The notes beneath the pieces were generated by a model that saw only the letters and a list, made by a program, of their open reading frames with translations, was not told the origin of the DNA and did no database searches. A stretch of DNA of 64,000 nt. Source: Podarcis cretensis (lineage: Eukaryota). Position 1 is the first letter of the stretch. Each line of letters opens with the position of its first letter. The DNA is taken from contig OX638157.1 in assembly GCA_951804945.1 (NCBI GenBank), positions 32,240,001-32,304,000 on the forward strand, given 5' to 3'. This document shows, one piece after another, positions 10,712-23,933 of this stretch. The translations under genes were made by a program, and so were the position numbers.

Positions 10712-13700
10712 TTAAAAATTTTATTTATATCCCGCCCTCCCCAGCCAAAGCCGGGCTCAGGGTGGCTAACAACAATAAAATAGTGCAACATTATAAAAAC
10801 AATTCATTATAAATGTGTGTATAAATAGATACACACACACATGGGGAAGGGGAGAAGGTAAACAATGTGGTCACAGGTAAATGAAATGCAGTAAGTACAG
10901 TGACAGTGATAATTGCATAATTTAATTTGGTCATTCATACAACAGTTGAGGGTTACACAGACATCCTGGCGTTGGTAAACCAATTATCATGAGTGTAATA
11001 ATTTTTAAAAAACAACTTTATCCTGCTTCAAACTACAGGTTTGAGACTACACTGAACCTCTTGATGAATTATAATTCACTGGTTTCATCTTTCTGCCTCC
11101 GTTTGAAGTTCCTTTGTTACTCAATTTTCATGGCATAATTTGTGTTGGGATGGATTTTGTGAAAGAGCCTCAGGTTGTCTAAAATTTGTTTTACACACAA
11201 GCCAAGTTTCACCACCAAGTCTTGAGTTTGGTGTGCCCTTTGCAATGCAAGTTGTGGATTTTCTCATGGGAATTTGCAAGAGGAAACTCCATCTTGAATT
11301 CCCTCAACTAAAATGTTGCCGTCAAATCTAAGTTCCATAGGACACTGTTGATTTGCTTATATTCAAGCATCACCTTGGGAATGTAAAAAATACAGTAATT
11401 TCAGGCTTGTGTCATCGCACCATTGTTTCAGGTATTTGTAAAAATAAAATAAAATTGAGGATTGTTACAAACCCTGTTTTTGAACTCAGCAGTTTTTCCT
11501 TTTCAGTTCGGGAGGTGGTTTGTTTCAAATCTGGCTTCTGGTGGAGCAGCTGGAGCAACTTCATTGTGTGTGGTATATCCATTAGACTTTGCACGGACCC
11601 GGTTAGGTGCTGACATTGGAAAAGGTAAGAGCTTCATCTTCATATTTTAAGGGTTATGCGCTGAGACTAGCAGTTTGTGTTCCTGCCTTCTTTGTGGTGG
11701 TGCCACAGTTTATGGAGCTCCCTTCCTAGAAATATGGATTTGTTCCCTCCATTACCATCATTTTGATGTAACCTGGGGGGGGGGGGGATTTCAACCCAAC
11801 TGTTTAGTATGTGATGGGTAGTTGGTTTTCAGCAGCTGAAAATTGTTGTATTTATTTTGAAAAATGTTTTTCATGATATTTTACCTGTTGTATGGCTCCT
11901 TATATGGCTCCCTGGGCTCCTTTGTGAAGAAGGACAGGATAAAAAAATGAATTAATAGTAATAGTTCCCCTGTTCATTGTGGGGAATGCTTAGAGCTAAA
12001 GTGCTCCCCTAGTTTTGTTATTTCTTCTTTCATTTTAGGTATGGAAGAGCGACAGTTCAAAGGCCTCGCTGACTGTATTGGTAAAATTGCAAAAAAAGAT
12101 GGCATTACCGGCCTATATCAAGGATTTGGTGTTTCAGTACAGGGGATCATTGTATATCGGGCATCCTATTTTGGATGTTACGACACCATAAAAGTAAGTT
12201 TTCTCATCAAACTCACCCTTTCCCATTTAAAAAAAGGATTATTTGTCACCTTTATTATGGATGCATTTTACAGTATTTATCCTATCAGTTAAGATATTAT
12301 TAATCCTATTGCAGAAACAGAGACCTAAGACTTAAAGATAAAAAGACATGCCCAATTTGGTTTGTATTCCTTTAGTTTGTTATTATTTTATAAATTTAAT
12401 AAATCTACTACATGATCCGGAGGAGCTCTGTGGTTACCTAATGGTCGATGATAACACTTGTTTTACAGCGAATTATTTCTACACATTTATTCATCCCAAT
12501 TTGCTAATTGGTTCCTGAAGCCCAAAGGTCTGATGCAATATGATGCTCCTTTGCTCACAATGGCTGCCCTGTTGATTTAAAAGGAGAAAGCAAGTTGACT
12601 GTTAAATTGGGCAGCCCTTACGATCAAGATCTCAGTGTATTCATTGGACATGGGGATGCTCATATGTACGGATAAAACATTTTATACTATTTAGTTAATT
12701 AATGTGACTCACAGATGAATCCTGTGCATTTTTATTTAGAAGTAAATCTCTTGTGATTTCCTGCTACAGAAACAGCTTTTAAGCTCTAAGGAATGCTAAC
12801 CAGGCTCCTGGACAGTCTCGTTCGGACTGCGAGAGATCTTGCAGGAGCCTCCCAGAGCCCGCGTGAGACTTTCCCAAAGCCCAGTAAGCAAGTCTGAGAG
12901 CCTAAAAGCTCTCTGTCTTGTGTGTCTTTAATTTGTGTGATATCAGCTGGCCAGCTGCAAAGCGTGTAAAGCTGCAATCGCATAAGTTAAATGTGCTTAA
13001 GTTGCAATCTTAATATATGTTATTTGCTTCCTCCCCCCAAAAAATCATTTGGCTTGTTTGCCATATGTAAAGCGTAAAATAAAAGGAGAAAAGAATGTTT
13101 CCAGTTACACTGACCATGTAAAATAATCCATTCAAAATACAATGCACTTAGGAAATTCTGAACCAATATAATGATTTGACAGCATCTGCTTTTCCATTTA
13201 GATTCTCAAGATACCCCAGTGAATTCTTATTTCTCTTTTCTCTTCTTAGGGAATGTTGCCAAATCCAAAAGAAACACCATTTGTCGTATCTTTTGCAATA
13301 GCTCAAGCTGTGACTGTATTTTCTGGCATACTGTCATACCCCTTTGACACTGTCAGAAGACGCATGATGATGCAGGTAAACGACATATACTTGCTAGTGT
13401 CTAAGCATGGGAGGCCTATCTAGAAGGGCAACTGGGGTAGAGTCCGGGGGGGGGGGATTCTAGGAGGGGAAATATTAAAAATTTCAAAGCTACACTCTTC
13501 TCCTGTCCCCCACTGACATCCTTCAATTTGCATTTGCAGAGGCTCCTGCAGCTATTTTTATCAATCAGCTAATTGCACAGCATAGCATATCACATATAAC
13601 AGGTGCTATCACCAGGACCCTCTCAGGTGGGGAGGGGAAGCATTTCCCTGGGTATGTGGACCCTACATTTTGACCACAGATTTGTGTGGTTGCCCAGCTG

Positions 13701-14892
13701 GCTAGTCAGAAACATGTATTTGCCTGTTGATGTGCTGAGCAAACCAGGTGATTTTCCTTTTTCATGATTTAATTTCAAAGCAACAGTGTGTGTGTGTGTG
13801 TGTTAAGAGAAATACATTTATTTTTATTCTTTTCCTGTTGGGAGTAAGGGGGCAGTAACCACCCTGTTGTTGCCCTGTGGTGCTCTGTCGTGTGCTTTCT
13901 TGAAGGTCTGCTGTGTATTTCAACAATGTGGGTCTGCCTGACAGCTGTTTTATTTGCAAAAAGAAAAACAACTTATGTAATTTTATGTAATCTTCCTTCT
14001 GGATTTTTTTTTTCAACATTAGAGACTTTTGAAAAGGAAGTATGCCAATTTGGAAGTGAGAGAAATTAATTTTTTATATCTTACAGATTTATATGGAATA
14101 CTATTTGACTGTCTCAATATAAATATCTATCTTAAAAAATAGATTAAGAAAATTAAATTCTCCAGTGTAAACATTTTGATGCAAACACATTTTTTAAAAT
14201 ATCTATCAAAAAAACCATACTACCAACTTTGGGGAAATCTAAACACTTCTAGATTGGTACTTGTCGATGTTGGTGATGGGGGTGGGGAACCATGTGAAGT
14301 TCAACGAAAAGGCAGTGAAGAACAATGTTCCAAAAATATGCTTCAGACATTATCCAAGAATCAGCATGCTTCAAAACACCCTGAGGAATGACATGACCTT
14401 GTTTAACTCTGAAGCTTAAAGAAACATCACAAGAAGATCACAGACTTGCTAAATTTAGCTGCAGAGAACTACATCAGGGAAGCATTTACTCATTAAGGTT
14501 CTTATATTGAAACAGAGATAAAATTAGTGAGAGGTGTTTCTAGACTTATAATTACAAAAATGCCTAATACTATATATCAGACCCTAGACTGAAAATTATA
14601 AAAATACCAAATGCCAGATTAGTCCCTTGCCACATAGTAAGCATGTACGTTTTCCAAACATCTGTCTTTGTTTAAAATTATTTTAACACAGAGTGGAGAG
14701 GCTGAACGTCAGTACAAAGGAACCATTGACTGCTTTTTCAAGATATACAACCAGGAAGGATTAAATGCCTTTTTTCGGGGAGCCTTTTCAAATGTACTTC
14801 GTGGGACAGGCGGTGCCTTGGTGTTGGTCCTATATGACAAAATTAAGGAGTTTCTTAATATTGATCCATCAATAGGCCGATCATCTGACTAA
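4301..14892 (+). CDS. SLC25A31: ADP/ATP translocase 4 (ANT4), complete, 314 aa: join(4301..4517,8105..8232,11507..11624,12039..12193,13250..13375,14692..14892)
   Basis: Exons sum to 945 nt, all GT-AG, phases consistent. Motifs [65 protein letters not shown], and the ANT signature [10 protein letters not shown]. The six-exon layout, RWF (not RYF) and position between INTU and HSPA4L indicate ANT4 rather than ANT1-3. Confidence 0.97.
7384..7727 (+). mobile_element. Sauria SINE (tRNA-derived) in SLC25A31 intron 1
   Basis: B-box GGTTCGAATCC, (ACCTTT)-type tail, 11-bp TSD TTACCATCACA (7373-7383, 7728-7738). Confidence 0.9.
10571..10668 (-). mobile_element. Penelope-like element terminal fragment with decayed hammerhead core (also 58190-58245 and 63764-63856)
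   Basis: Three related copies of ACTTCATCAGAT(A/G)CATGA; the minus strand reads CTGATGA-helix II-(GAAA), followed in two copies by an AATAAA-like/TTAGT/GG(T/C)GCCACAA segment. Confidence 0.6.
10671..10785. repeat. (AAT)n microsatellite adjacent to a reverse L2-type tail
   Basis: About 13 AAT units (10671-10710), then TTTATTTATATCCCGCCCT..GGGCTCAGGGTGGCTAACA. Confidence 0.8.
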
Positions 14893-15689
14893 AGTCACTG
14901 ATAATAGTCACCTGTCCCTACTGTTAAAAATGTCATTCATTATTATATGATGAGTACTGTAAGAACAATCAAAAGTTTTGCACGGGTCTGCTAATCATTT
15001 ACACTAATGATTTGAAGGCAGCTAAAGCGTGATTTGTTTCCTTTCATAAAGAGTTGCATTTACTTGTTTTTGTGTGTGTGCATTCCTTTCAAATGCCTGG
15101 CTTTCGTTTTTTCACTTGTATTTGTTGTGTCACTCATTTTCATTACCAAGTCAAAACCAAGGTTGCTGCTATTTTCATCTAACAATTGGGCAACTTATAG
15201 TGACAAAACCATGTTGAGTTCATGAATGAGCTGAGGTTGGAACCTAGATTTCCATGAGGCAAGGTCAGCACCAGTCACTAGAGAGCATTGGGGAACATGC
15301 AGCCCTCCAAGATGTCCAAATTTTCTTCAGCCCAAACCAGCATGGCCAATGATCAGAGATAATAGGAGTTGTAGTCCCACAACATCTGGAGGGCCACAGA
15401 TTCCCTATCCATGCACCAGATTTTAGATTTTTTTAATTAGTGCAATCAGAAATGAGGTGCTTTTCCTGACAAGACACACATCCGTCTGTTTTTATGAGGC
15501 AGTTTAATATCCACAGCCATCAAGGTAGCAGAGCTCTTGCAAAAGTTGTAATTTTCAAATCTTTAACTCCACACTAATCCCTTCCAAGTTAATAGAATTG
15601 CTCTGGTGTAAATTACAGCAATGTGGAGGAAAGCAAATGGCTATGAATAGATGTAGCTTATGGTACTTACTAGACAGCTTGCTTGCATA

Positions 15690-16292
15690 CGTATTTATAG
15701 CACTTCTATCCGGCCTTTTGCCAAATAGCCTTAAGGCGGCTAACAATGTGAAGTAGTAAGATGCAATAAACATAACAACAAGAGATAGCTAACTAAAACA
15801 GCAGATAAAACAATAGAGAGGTAATTAGAAACTCAGATAAAAACAACATAAACAGAAATGAGAATAAACTATGAGTCATTAAAGGCACAAAGAACATGAC
15901 AAACTTCGACACTTAAAAGATTACAAAGAAGGTGCCAGGAAGATATGCCTGAGAAGGGAGTTGCCCTTCTCTCTAGTAGCCACATGCCTACTGTGGTTGG
16001 GCCCCCAAAAGAAGGGCCTTAGAAAAAGATCTGTCTGGTTCATGTGGAAGAAGACAGTCCTTTAGATATCCCTGCCATGGAGTATAAAGAGCAAAAACAG
16101 CACTTGAGCCCATAAACAAGCAAAGTGGGAGCCAGTGAAAAATCTATTCATACTGAAGTGATGTATCCTTAGAAGTTAGCTTCAGTAAATAGTCTAGAGA
16201 TGGCATTCTGCACCAGTTGAAGCTTCCATGGTGCTTTTCAGAGGCAGCTTTACAAGTGGTGTGTTACAGTATTGTAACCCGGGTGTTACCAG
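15690..16292 (-). mobile_element. Decayed L2-type LINE remnant downstream of SLC25A31
   Basis: Reverse tail motif ATCCGGCC..AAGGCGGCTAACA followed by degenerate body; boundaries approximate. Confidence 0.45.
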
Positions 16293-18447
16293 TCTGAGGA
16301 CAGGCCAGAGGACATTAGAGAACATGCCTTGAATAATTTGAGAAAGAGTTGAAAGCTACTATCATTTAGTCACACCCAAGAAAACGACATTGATTTGCCC
16401 AGCTTGATATGTAACCCTGACCGACCTTGGGGATATACAAAACAACATTTGACCGTTAAGTCAATGTGAAATCAAGGCTGGTTGGGTTCCCACTCCTTCA
16501 CCAAATCAAATGTAAAAAAGCACTCAGGGTTGCCAGCTGAATGGCTGACTTCCACCACCTTGAAATAGAAAATTAAGGAAGGAAAAAAAAATCTACTTCT
16601 CATTCAACAGATGGTGGGAGTGTGTTAATTCTTATACTACTAGCCAACAAGCTTGCAGGAGAATCCTTTCCCCTGGTGCATTCCTTTCACGCTTGCAGAA
16701 TAAACCTGCGGCGATAACAGATGCTCAGTTGGCAGCACCCTGAAAGCGTGTTTCAGAGAGGACAAAACTACAGTCGTTTCAGTATGCCATGTTTCCATAT
16801 GCCTACTTTCAGAGGAAGCCCAAAAGAGGTCTTGGAAGATGGGGTTTAGGTGATGGCACTCTTGTTCCTCCTGGAAATAATGGGTCATTATTTCCTGTTC
16901 CATCATTTAGAAAGCCACAAGGTTCTCTGACATGAAAGGTGGTAGATCTGCAGAAGAATCTAGCAGAGCAGAGGTTCTCAAAGTTTCTACCCTCCAGGAC
17001 ACACTTGAGAGGCGTGAAAATTGCTGGAACCTACTAAGTCGCAAAATGGCAAGGAAAAAGGGTGGAGCCAAATAGTGTTGGGTAGAGGAGGAGTTTGGCA
17101 TAAGCAGCAGTTATGGACATCAAATTCTGTTGATAATTAATCCTTCTTTGTAAATTGCTAATTTTGGCAAAGTTTCATAACTAATTTTTCCTCAGGCATT
17201 AGCCCTGATTGTAGTGTGACATGCTCATTTTAGGGACACCTTACTCATATAATGACTATCTGGACAGAGCTTTTTATTCTGTATCCCCTAAGGCTTTCAA
17301 AAGTATTTTTACACATCTATAATTTCTTTCCCCCTTTTCTTTTCACTCTTAATTTGTACCTTATTTCTGCACACCCAGACTGTCAATTCCTTTAATCTCT
17401 CTGTCCTTCCTCCTATAGCAGCTTTACATTATTAACAATTGTATGGACTCACTATTCCCTTTAGCACATCCTATGGCCCTTTCCCTTCAGAGGAAGGAAG
17501 CACCTGCCTTCACCCCTCCCAAATTCACCAACAACCTTTGCTCAGCGTGTGGGGAGTTGCTGGTGCAGGCTTCAGTTCAACCCAAAACTATGGCATGGCC
17601 AGAGGGCTGGTTGAGTGTGTGAGGAGGCACTGGGTAGGCTATGGCATGAGGATCAGTTGTGGGCCCTGGTCCACCATTTAAGAATCTGGATGCCCAGATT
17701 CCCTTTCCCTCCATCTCCTCTGAAAACGCCCCCCCCCAACCTTTGTGAACCTTGGAAAGTATTTCTTACATTTTTAAAAATCTCATGTAAACCATAACAG
17801 TTCAACTTTTATAGGACGTTGGAGGAGAGAAGGAACCACAAAATATGAAAGCAGCAGTAATACGTTGATGCAATAGCATGACCACCATTAAGGGCAAAAG
17901 GTCCAGAAATTCTACATGATGGTTACCATGGCAACACTCCCAGCCTACTTGTTTTGCTTGGGAATGAATTGTATATGAGCGCACAAGGTGTTATGTTCAG
18001 TGGTTTGTTTTTCATAAGCACTGCTACTCAGTTGTGGCTCTTAAGGGAGGCATAATGTTTGGAACTGAATATGCTGGTAAAATGATTTACAGCCTGCTGC
18101 ACAGGGATGAGGTTGCAAGGCACATTATATTTATAGTCTTCCCTAGTGAAGCCCTCAGAAAGGCAGCTTTTCTCACAGAACAGGCTGTATTTGTCAAGCG
18201 ATAAGAACATTTGTTTTTCTATGCAGTTCTAGGGCAGCCTTTAAAGGCACTTTCTCATTAACAGTGTAGATTTTCCTACTTTAGAAGAGGAGAACGCAAT
18301 TTCATTTGCCTGTGCATTTATAACATTATATTGGAACTTTAAAAAACGTGTATGTATAAGTGTCAGTTTTGTTGGCATCCATATATCTCGAGAGACAATG
18401 GAGTGCACCTCTGGCCGTGAAATCAAACCTCTCTGTTAGCAGTACCA

Positions 18448-18925
18448 AAGTGACCTCGAGGTGCAAGCCTGGGCAGTGTGTATGGAGGCCCTGGGATGCC
18501 AAGACAATAAGACCCCCATCTTGGCCTCACTGATGTGGTTTAAAGGAAAGCAGAGCAATACATTTGGCAACAGCTGGGCTGCAGGAGTTGCCAGAAGATG
18601 ACATAGAAGGCGCCATCCAACAGTCTTAGGGACTTCACTCCAATTTAGCGTGGAGATATTCTGCAAGGCAGCAGAGGTTTAGGATCAGAGTTTTTCTTCT
18701 CTTAGATGGGCTTCCCTCCCAGGTTAATTGAACCCCATCTGCCCCTCACTTCTCTGCAGCACAGGCAGAAACTGTCTTTGTCATTGGATCCACTATTGGT
18801 CTCATCTGCTCAATCTGCTGGAGATTACCACATGCAGAGGGAAGTTCCTAATTTATCCAGGGTTTGAGACTCATCGGCTACCCTCCCTTGATTTAGCCAG
18901 CCAATCTAAGCCATTCTCAGCTGCC
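18448..18925 (-). mobile_element. Probable RTE-clade 5' UTR-derived repeat
   Basis: Motif TTTTTCTTCTCTTAGATGGGCT..C.TCCCAGG resembles recalled RTE 5' regions; non-coding; family uncertain. Confidence 0.35.
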
Positions 18926-19071
18926 ACACACTGACAGCTTCTAGGAGCCACTGCTGAGAGCTGAAAGCAGGGTGGAGACCAAGGTGGACAAATTATCCCA
19001 GATGTGTCTCCCACCAGAGGTACTACCCCTCCTTTAACACCCCATGTACTCCATGTGTAAATACGCAATTA

Positions 19072-19293
19072 CAGTGGTACATCGCGTTACAGACGCTTCA
19101 GGTTACAGATGCTTCAGGTTACAGACTCCGCTAACCCAGGAATAGTACCTCGGGTTAAGAACTTTGCTTCAGGATGAGAACAGAAATTGCACGGCGGCAG
19201 CGGGAGGCTAAAGTGGTACCTCAGGTTAAGAACAGTTTCAGGTTAAGAACGGACTTCCAGAACGAATTAAATTCTTAATCCGAGGTACCACTG
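19072..19293. mobile_element. Tc1/mariner-type MITE, second family
   Basis: TA|CAGTGGTAC ... GTACCACTG|TA ends; internal repeats of CAGGTTA(C/A). Confidence 0.85.
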
Positions 19294-20306
19294 TAGTATA
19301 TATGCCCAAGTAATCTGTATTTCCAGGACTGTCCTGGGAAAATCAGGACACTTGGAGGGTATGTGACCAGCCTGCACAGTTTATGGGCAGGAAGTGCCTG
19401 ATGGAGCTGGGATGAAATTAACTCTGCTTCACAGCTCTCCCACTGAGGAAGTTTGATGGAATGACTGCCCTAGATGACAGCTGAAGGGGAAGAAGCCTGA
19501 TGGTGCTGGCCTATGTCTATAGTGAAACAGTGGCTATTTCACTATAGACTATAAAAAGAGGGGGTTGGATCAAGGAAACCAATAGGACCCGCTTACCAGT
19601 ACACTTCCAATTAGGACTGGAAAAAACATTTGCTAAAATAAGACTTGTGAATAAACATGACAGAAATACCTTTGTCATGGATAAGAGCATTAAGTGCTGC
19701 ATTGAACCTCCATTTTCATTCAGTTTCCACCTGATTATGAAGAAGCAATGCCTCAACTGTTGTAAGAAGAGTTCTGGTCTGTGAGCAACCTGGTGCAACA
19801 AATATTATCACCAAAAATGTATCTAGAAACTGACAAATACAAGTAAGATACCCAGCTACCTATGATGGTCCCTAAAGCAATGCTTTTGGGGAAATGATCA
19901 GCATCATGTAGCTGCCCCTCCCAACATGACATTTTGTGGTGAGCTTAGCCTCCTTATTCCGTTCCTGGCACTTCTCATACACATCTATAAATCTGTAAAC
20001 ACTGCATTTTAATTTTATTCAGTGCAGGAACACTTAGAGGGCACTTTAGTTCATTGACATATGTATCAGAAAAGGGAAAATAATGATTTAATGATGAAAA
20101 TCTAGTGACTACTCCTTTAATCACCTCTTGATTTCAGGCCTGATCATTCAGTATTCGGTTTGCAATGCAGTGCAGGTAACTGCTACAAGATAGTACTGGA
20201 AGTAAAACCTGTTCCTTTGATGCAGAGGGCATGTTTTACAGAAATCCCTCCGACACATGCCCTGACTAGTAATCGCTGCTTTGCTAGATCACCGGGTGTG
20301 GAAATT

Positions 20307-20308
<2 letters not shown>

Positions 20309-20338
<30 letters not shown>
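20309..20338. repeat. (CT)n microsatellite
   Basis: Direct reading. Confidence 0.9.
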
Positions 20339-20339
<1 letters not shown>

Positions 20340-21132
20340 GTTTACATTTTTAATTGTTTTCTTCACAATAGATTTCTATGACATAGTTACTTGTGACATA
20401 CTCCGGATGACACAAGAGCATTTGAGTAATGCAGATTGTTCTGAGACCACATTGGATTTCTGGGTCTTCAAGACTCTTCAAGTGCTCTAGAGTGTCACTA
20501 CCCTAGGCACTCTTTGAGCATAATAGTAAATTAAAATAGCAGCTCCACTTCCAGGTCCCTCTTTGAGTGTTGCTGCACCACCATTGCCAAGTGCACCAGG
20601 GCGCCTGAGGTGTGCTGATGTCACACACGCCCGCCCCATGGCATGCATGTGCTGCTGAGTAGAACTTGGGGGGCAGCCCCTTCACTGAAAATTTGTGAGT
20701 GCCGGGACCCCAACAGCCCCACATAGGTGGTGCCTATGACCATTCCCAAGTGAGCCTGAGATGGCCCACCAGCATAACAGAGGGTCCAGCAGAGTGCATT
20801 TGCGCAGACATCCAAAAAATGCCGTTATTTTTAGTCAGAGTTGGCAGAGCTGGGCTAGATTTCCCAATAGTCTAACTCAATAGAATGCAGCTTCATTGCA
20901 TTCACATATTGTAATCGTCACCACTGTGTGAAGGGCCTGGAGAAGGGCAGGTATTTCTTTTTAATAAAGTAAATTAAATACATAGTCCATCAGTTACAAA
21001 TGGGAGTAGGGTTTGTGTGTGCATAGAGCAATTACCAGAAACATACTTTTTTGTGATTCTGGCCTGAATAGCTGTAAAAGGGGCAAGAGCTTGTCTGGTC
21101 CTGCTGTCAGGAAGAGACCATGCTGTGATTAA

Positions 21133-21264
21133 TCAGGGCATGTGAGGGGAACCTTTGGCCCTCCAGATGGTGTTGAACTACAACCCCCATATGTCCCCAA
21201 TGGCCAGGGATGATGGAAGTTGTGGTTCAGTAACATCTGGAGGGCCAAAGGTTCCCCATACCTG
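21133..21264. mobile_element. Palindromic hAT-type MITE (related pieces at 15284-15412, 54836-54893, 61794-61910)
   Basis: GGGGAACCTTTGGCCCTCCAGATG...CATCTGGAGGGCCAAAGGTTCCCC perfect inverted arms, CAGG...CCTG ends; the same ACATCTGGAGG motif recurs at the other sites. Confidence 0.75.
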
Positions 21265-22735
21265 AATTAGGGAAACCATAATAAGCAAATACTTCTGCTG
21301 CTATGACAGCAGTGAGCCTTGAACATTTCTTATTCTGCATTCCTTTGGCTGCTTACCTAACAGTGTGGAAGATTCTAAAGGGCGTGGAATCAATAGAACA
21401 AAACTGCCCTCAACCTCTAAGTGATGTGGGATTCAGGTCTCCTTGATCAGAAGAGTGCTATGCAAAGTCCTGAAGTAATAACATATAGACAAGGAAGGTG
21501 ATGACTGAAATAAAACTACACCTGAAATACCTTTCTGGTTTGCCCATTGTAAAGGTTATTTCCCCCCACCTGCAAAGGGAGTCTAGTTCATGAGGCAGTG
21601 ATACACTGCGTGTGTCAGAATGTTACCATGTTTCATGTCACAATGGTATGACATCTTCCCCAAAACATCACAGAAGTTTTTGATAAGATCTATAAGGTTT
21701 CTGTGCGATCTTTGTTGCTCATGTATTGAGGATGGGGGTTGAGTGTGAGACATGAATTGAATGGATAATCTATTAATTTATATTATTGTCCAATTAATTT
21801 TTACTATCAGCCAGTGTCTTTTTATAACAAAACATTTGTATAGCATCTTATCATTGGAATTTAGTTTTCATTAATATCTAACAGTGCTGGTGCATGTAGT
21901 GAGTTCAGGTTACATGTATAAATTAACTCATCACTGAAAATCAGGGCAATGTGCTTTTTCTGTACTGCGAAGATGTTCGTTTTTATTCCGTTCTTCTTAA
22001 AATACATTGTTGGCCCTTTTTAAAAAAAGTGATTTTATTGTAAATATGCAGCAAAATACATAACAATAAAAAACAGTAATAAAAACGTAGTTCCCCTCCC
22101 CCTTTCTTGTATTACCTTTTTATTGAAATACAGATCCTTCCATTGCCTTGCAACATATTTATGCTGTTTAATAATGGGAAAACCCTTTTATGTCTTCAGA
22201 TTTACAACATGAAGAATAATATATAACACCCACATGAAATAAGATCTGCTTAGCTATGTCAATCTGTGTAATTACAGAAAATGATAAGTTAATAAGCAAT
22301 CATGGTTTAATGAAATAATGACTCATTGAGCTTCAAATCCTCAAGGACTTATGTCACAGTTGTCCTGTGGAAATTTCCAGGACTACTCTGGGGTGGAGAC
22401 TTACAATCATAGGGTGTGACCACATTTCCATTTACTGTGGCTCCAGTACACTCCCAACCCCGGATTTTTAAGCCGGGTTCACATGATGTTGTCCATCTGT
22501 ATCCTGCAGCTTTTGGAGAAATGCTCCTCTTCCATACACGTTTTCCTCAAACGAGCTTCAGTGTGATTTGAAAATGGAAGCCACAATTGGTGTGAACAGT
22601 TCAGGATACATGCACACAAATAATGGCACATGCACAAACGAAAGCTTCACTGACGGGTGTTCAGAGCAGGAAAAGCAATAATTGGGTGAAGACATACCCA
22701 GGCGGCTGTGGTGTGAACAGAAGAAGAAGGAAGAA

Positions 22736-22992
22736 CCGTATTTTTTGCTCTATAAGACTCACTTTTTCCCTCCTAAAAAGTAAGGGGAAATGTGTGTGCG
22801 TCTTATGGAGCGAATGCAGGCTGCACAGCTATCACAGAAGCCAGAACAGCAAGAGGGATTGCTGCTTTCACTGCGCAGCGATCTCTCTTGCTGTTCTGGC
22901 TTCTGAGATTCAGATTTTTTTTTCTTATTTTCCTCCTCCAAAAACTAGATGCGTCTTGTGGTCTGGTGCGTCTTATAGAGCGAAAAGTACGG
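22736..22992. mobile_element. pogo/Tigger-like MITE with internal hairpin
   Basis: TIRs CCGTATTTTTTGCTCTATAAGAC / GTCTTATAGAGCGAAAAGTACGG, right flank TA. Internal inverted repeat AGAAGCCAGAACAGCAAGAG...CTCTTGCTGTTCTGGCTTCT. Confidence 0.8.
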
Positions 22993-23933
22993 TAAATTGG
23001 AAATGCAGCAGCGGGAAATAACCTCATACTGTTTCAGTCAGAACTGCATATAAAAAAGAAGTCCAGGAAGCTGGACTGGATATAAGGGCAATGGTGGAGC
23101 AGCATCCCACCCAACCTAACAAACCAACCTCCACTGTCATCCCCTGACAAGGGAGAGCAGGGGGGACCAGCTGCCCCCCGCCCAGATCCACAAAAAAAAT
23201 ATTGAAAAGCATTGAAAGTAATTAACTGAGGTTCTGCCCCCCCAACCAAAGCCTTCCCCCCATAATGTCCTATTTTGAGGGGTATATTTACCCATGATTT
23301 CTCAAAAAAGCTCAACAACCTTGGAATCCTAGCTATGCCCATGTTCCCTGAACTGTTTTCACTTAAAACCTCATCCATGACACTCGATAAATGTTTCTGG
23401 TCAGAGTAAATTGTAGGCCAAAGGCTTCACACAATAATGTATACTTTGCATAGCAACTGCCACCTCCACCCCGTCGCCTGACTAACAACCATGTTTTCCC
23501 AAGATGCAAAACTTATTACTATTGTGTAAGTAATATATATTTTGGACAACAGGAACACTTAACATGTGTTTGCTTATGCAATACGATTGAGTTGTAGTGT
23601 TTCTCTTTAATTTTTTTCCCTTTTACTATTATTTGCTCATTAGGAGCCTGGGAGCCCCATTTCAATAATTAACCAATCTCTCTCTGTGGATTTTCAATTC
23701 GTTGCTTAATTTATTTCTGCATAACAATATCTAGGGCTGCTGCGCCGGCCTCTGTCATGTAAGGCCCCGCCCAGAAATACTTTTCCCAAAGTCACATGTT
23801 CCTGCCGCACGACCAAACCACCTTAGCAGCAGCGGCAGTACTGACATCTGGCCACAAGATGGCGACGGAGGCCACCGCCCCCCCCCCTCCCCGCGCGCGC
23901 TCTCTCTCTCTCTCCGCTGCTCACCTTACCCCC

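Noticed and set aside
18028-18426. Two adjacent ~60-aa minus-strand ORFs
   Set aside because: No recognisable homology or convincing splice pattern; lengths expected by chance.
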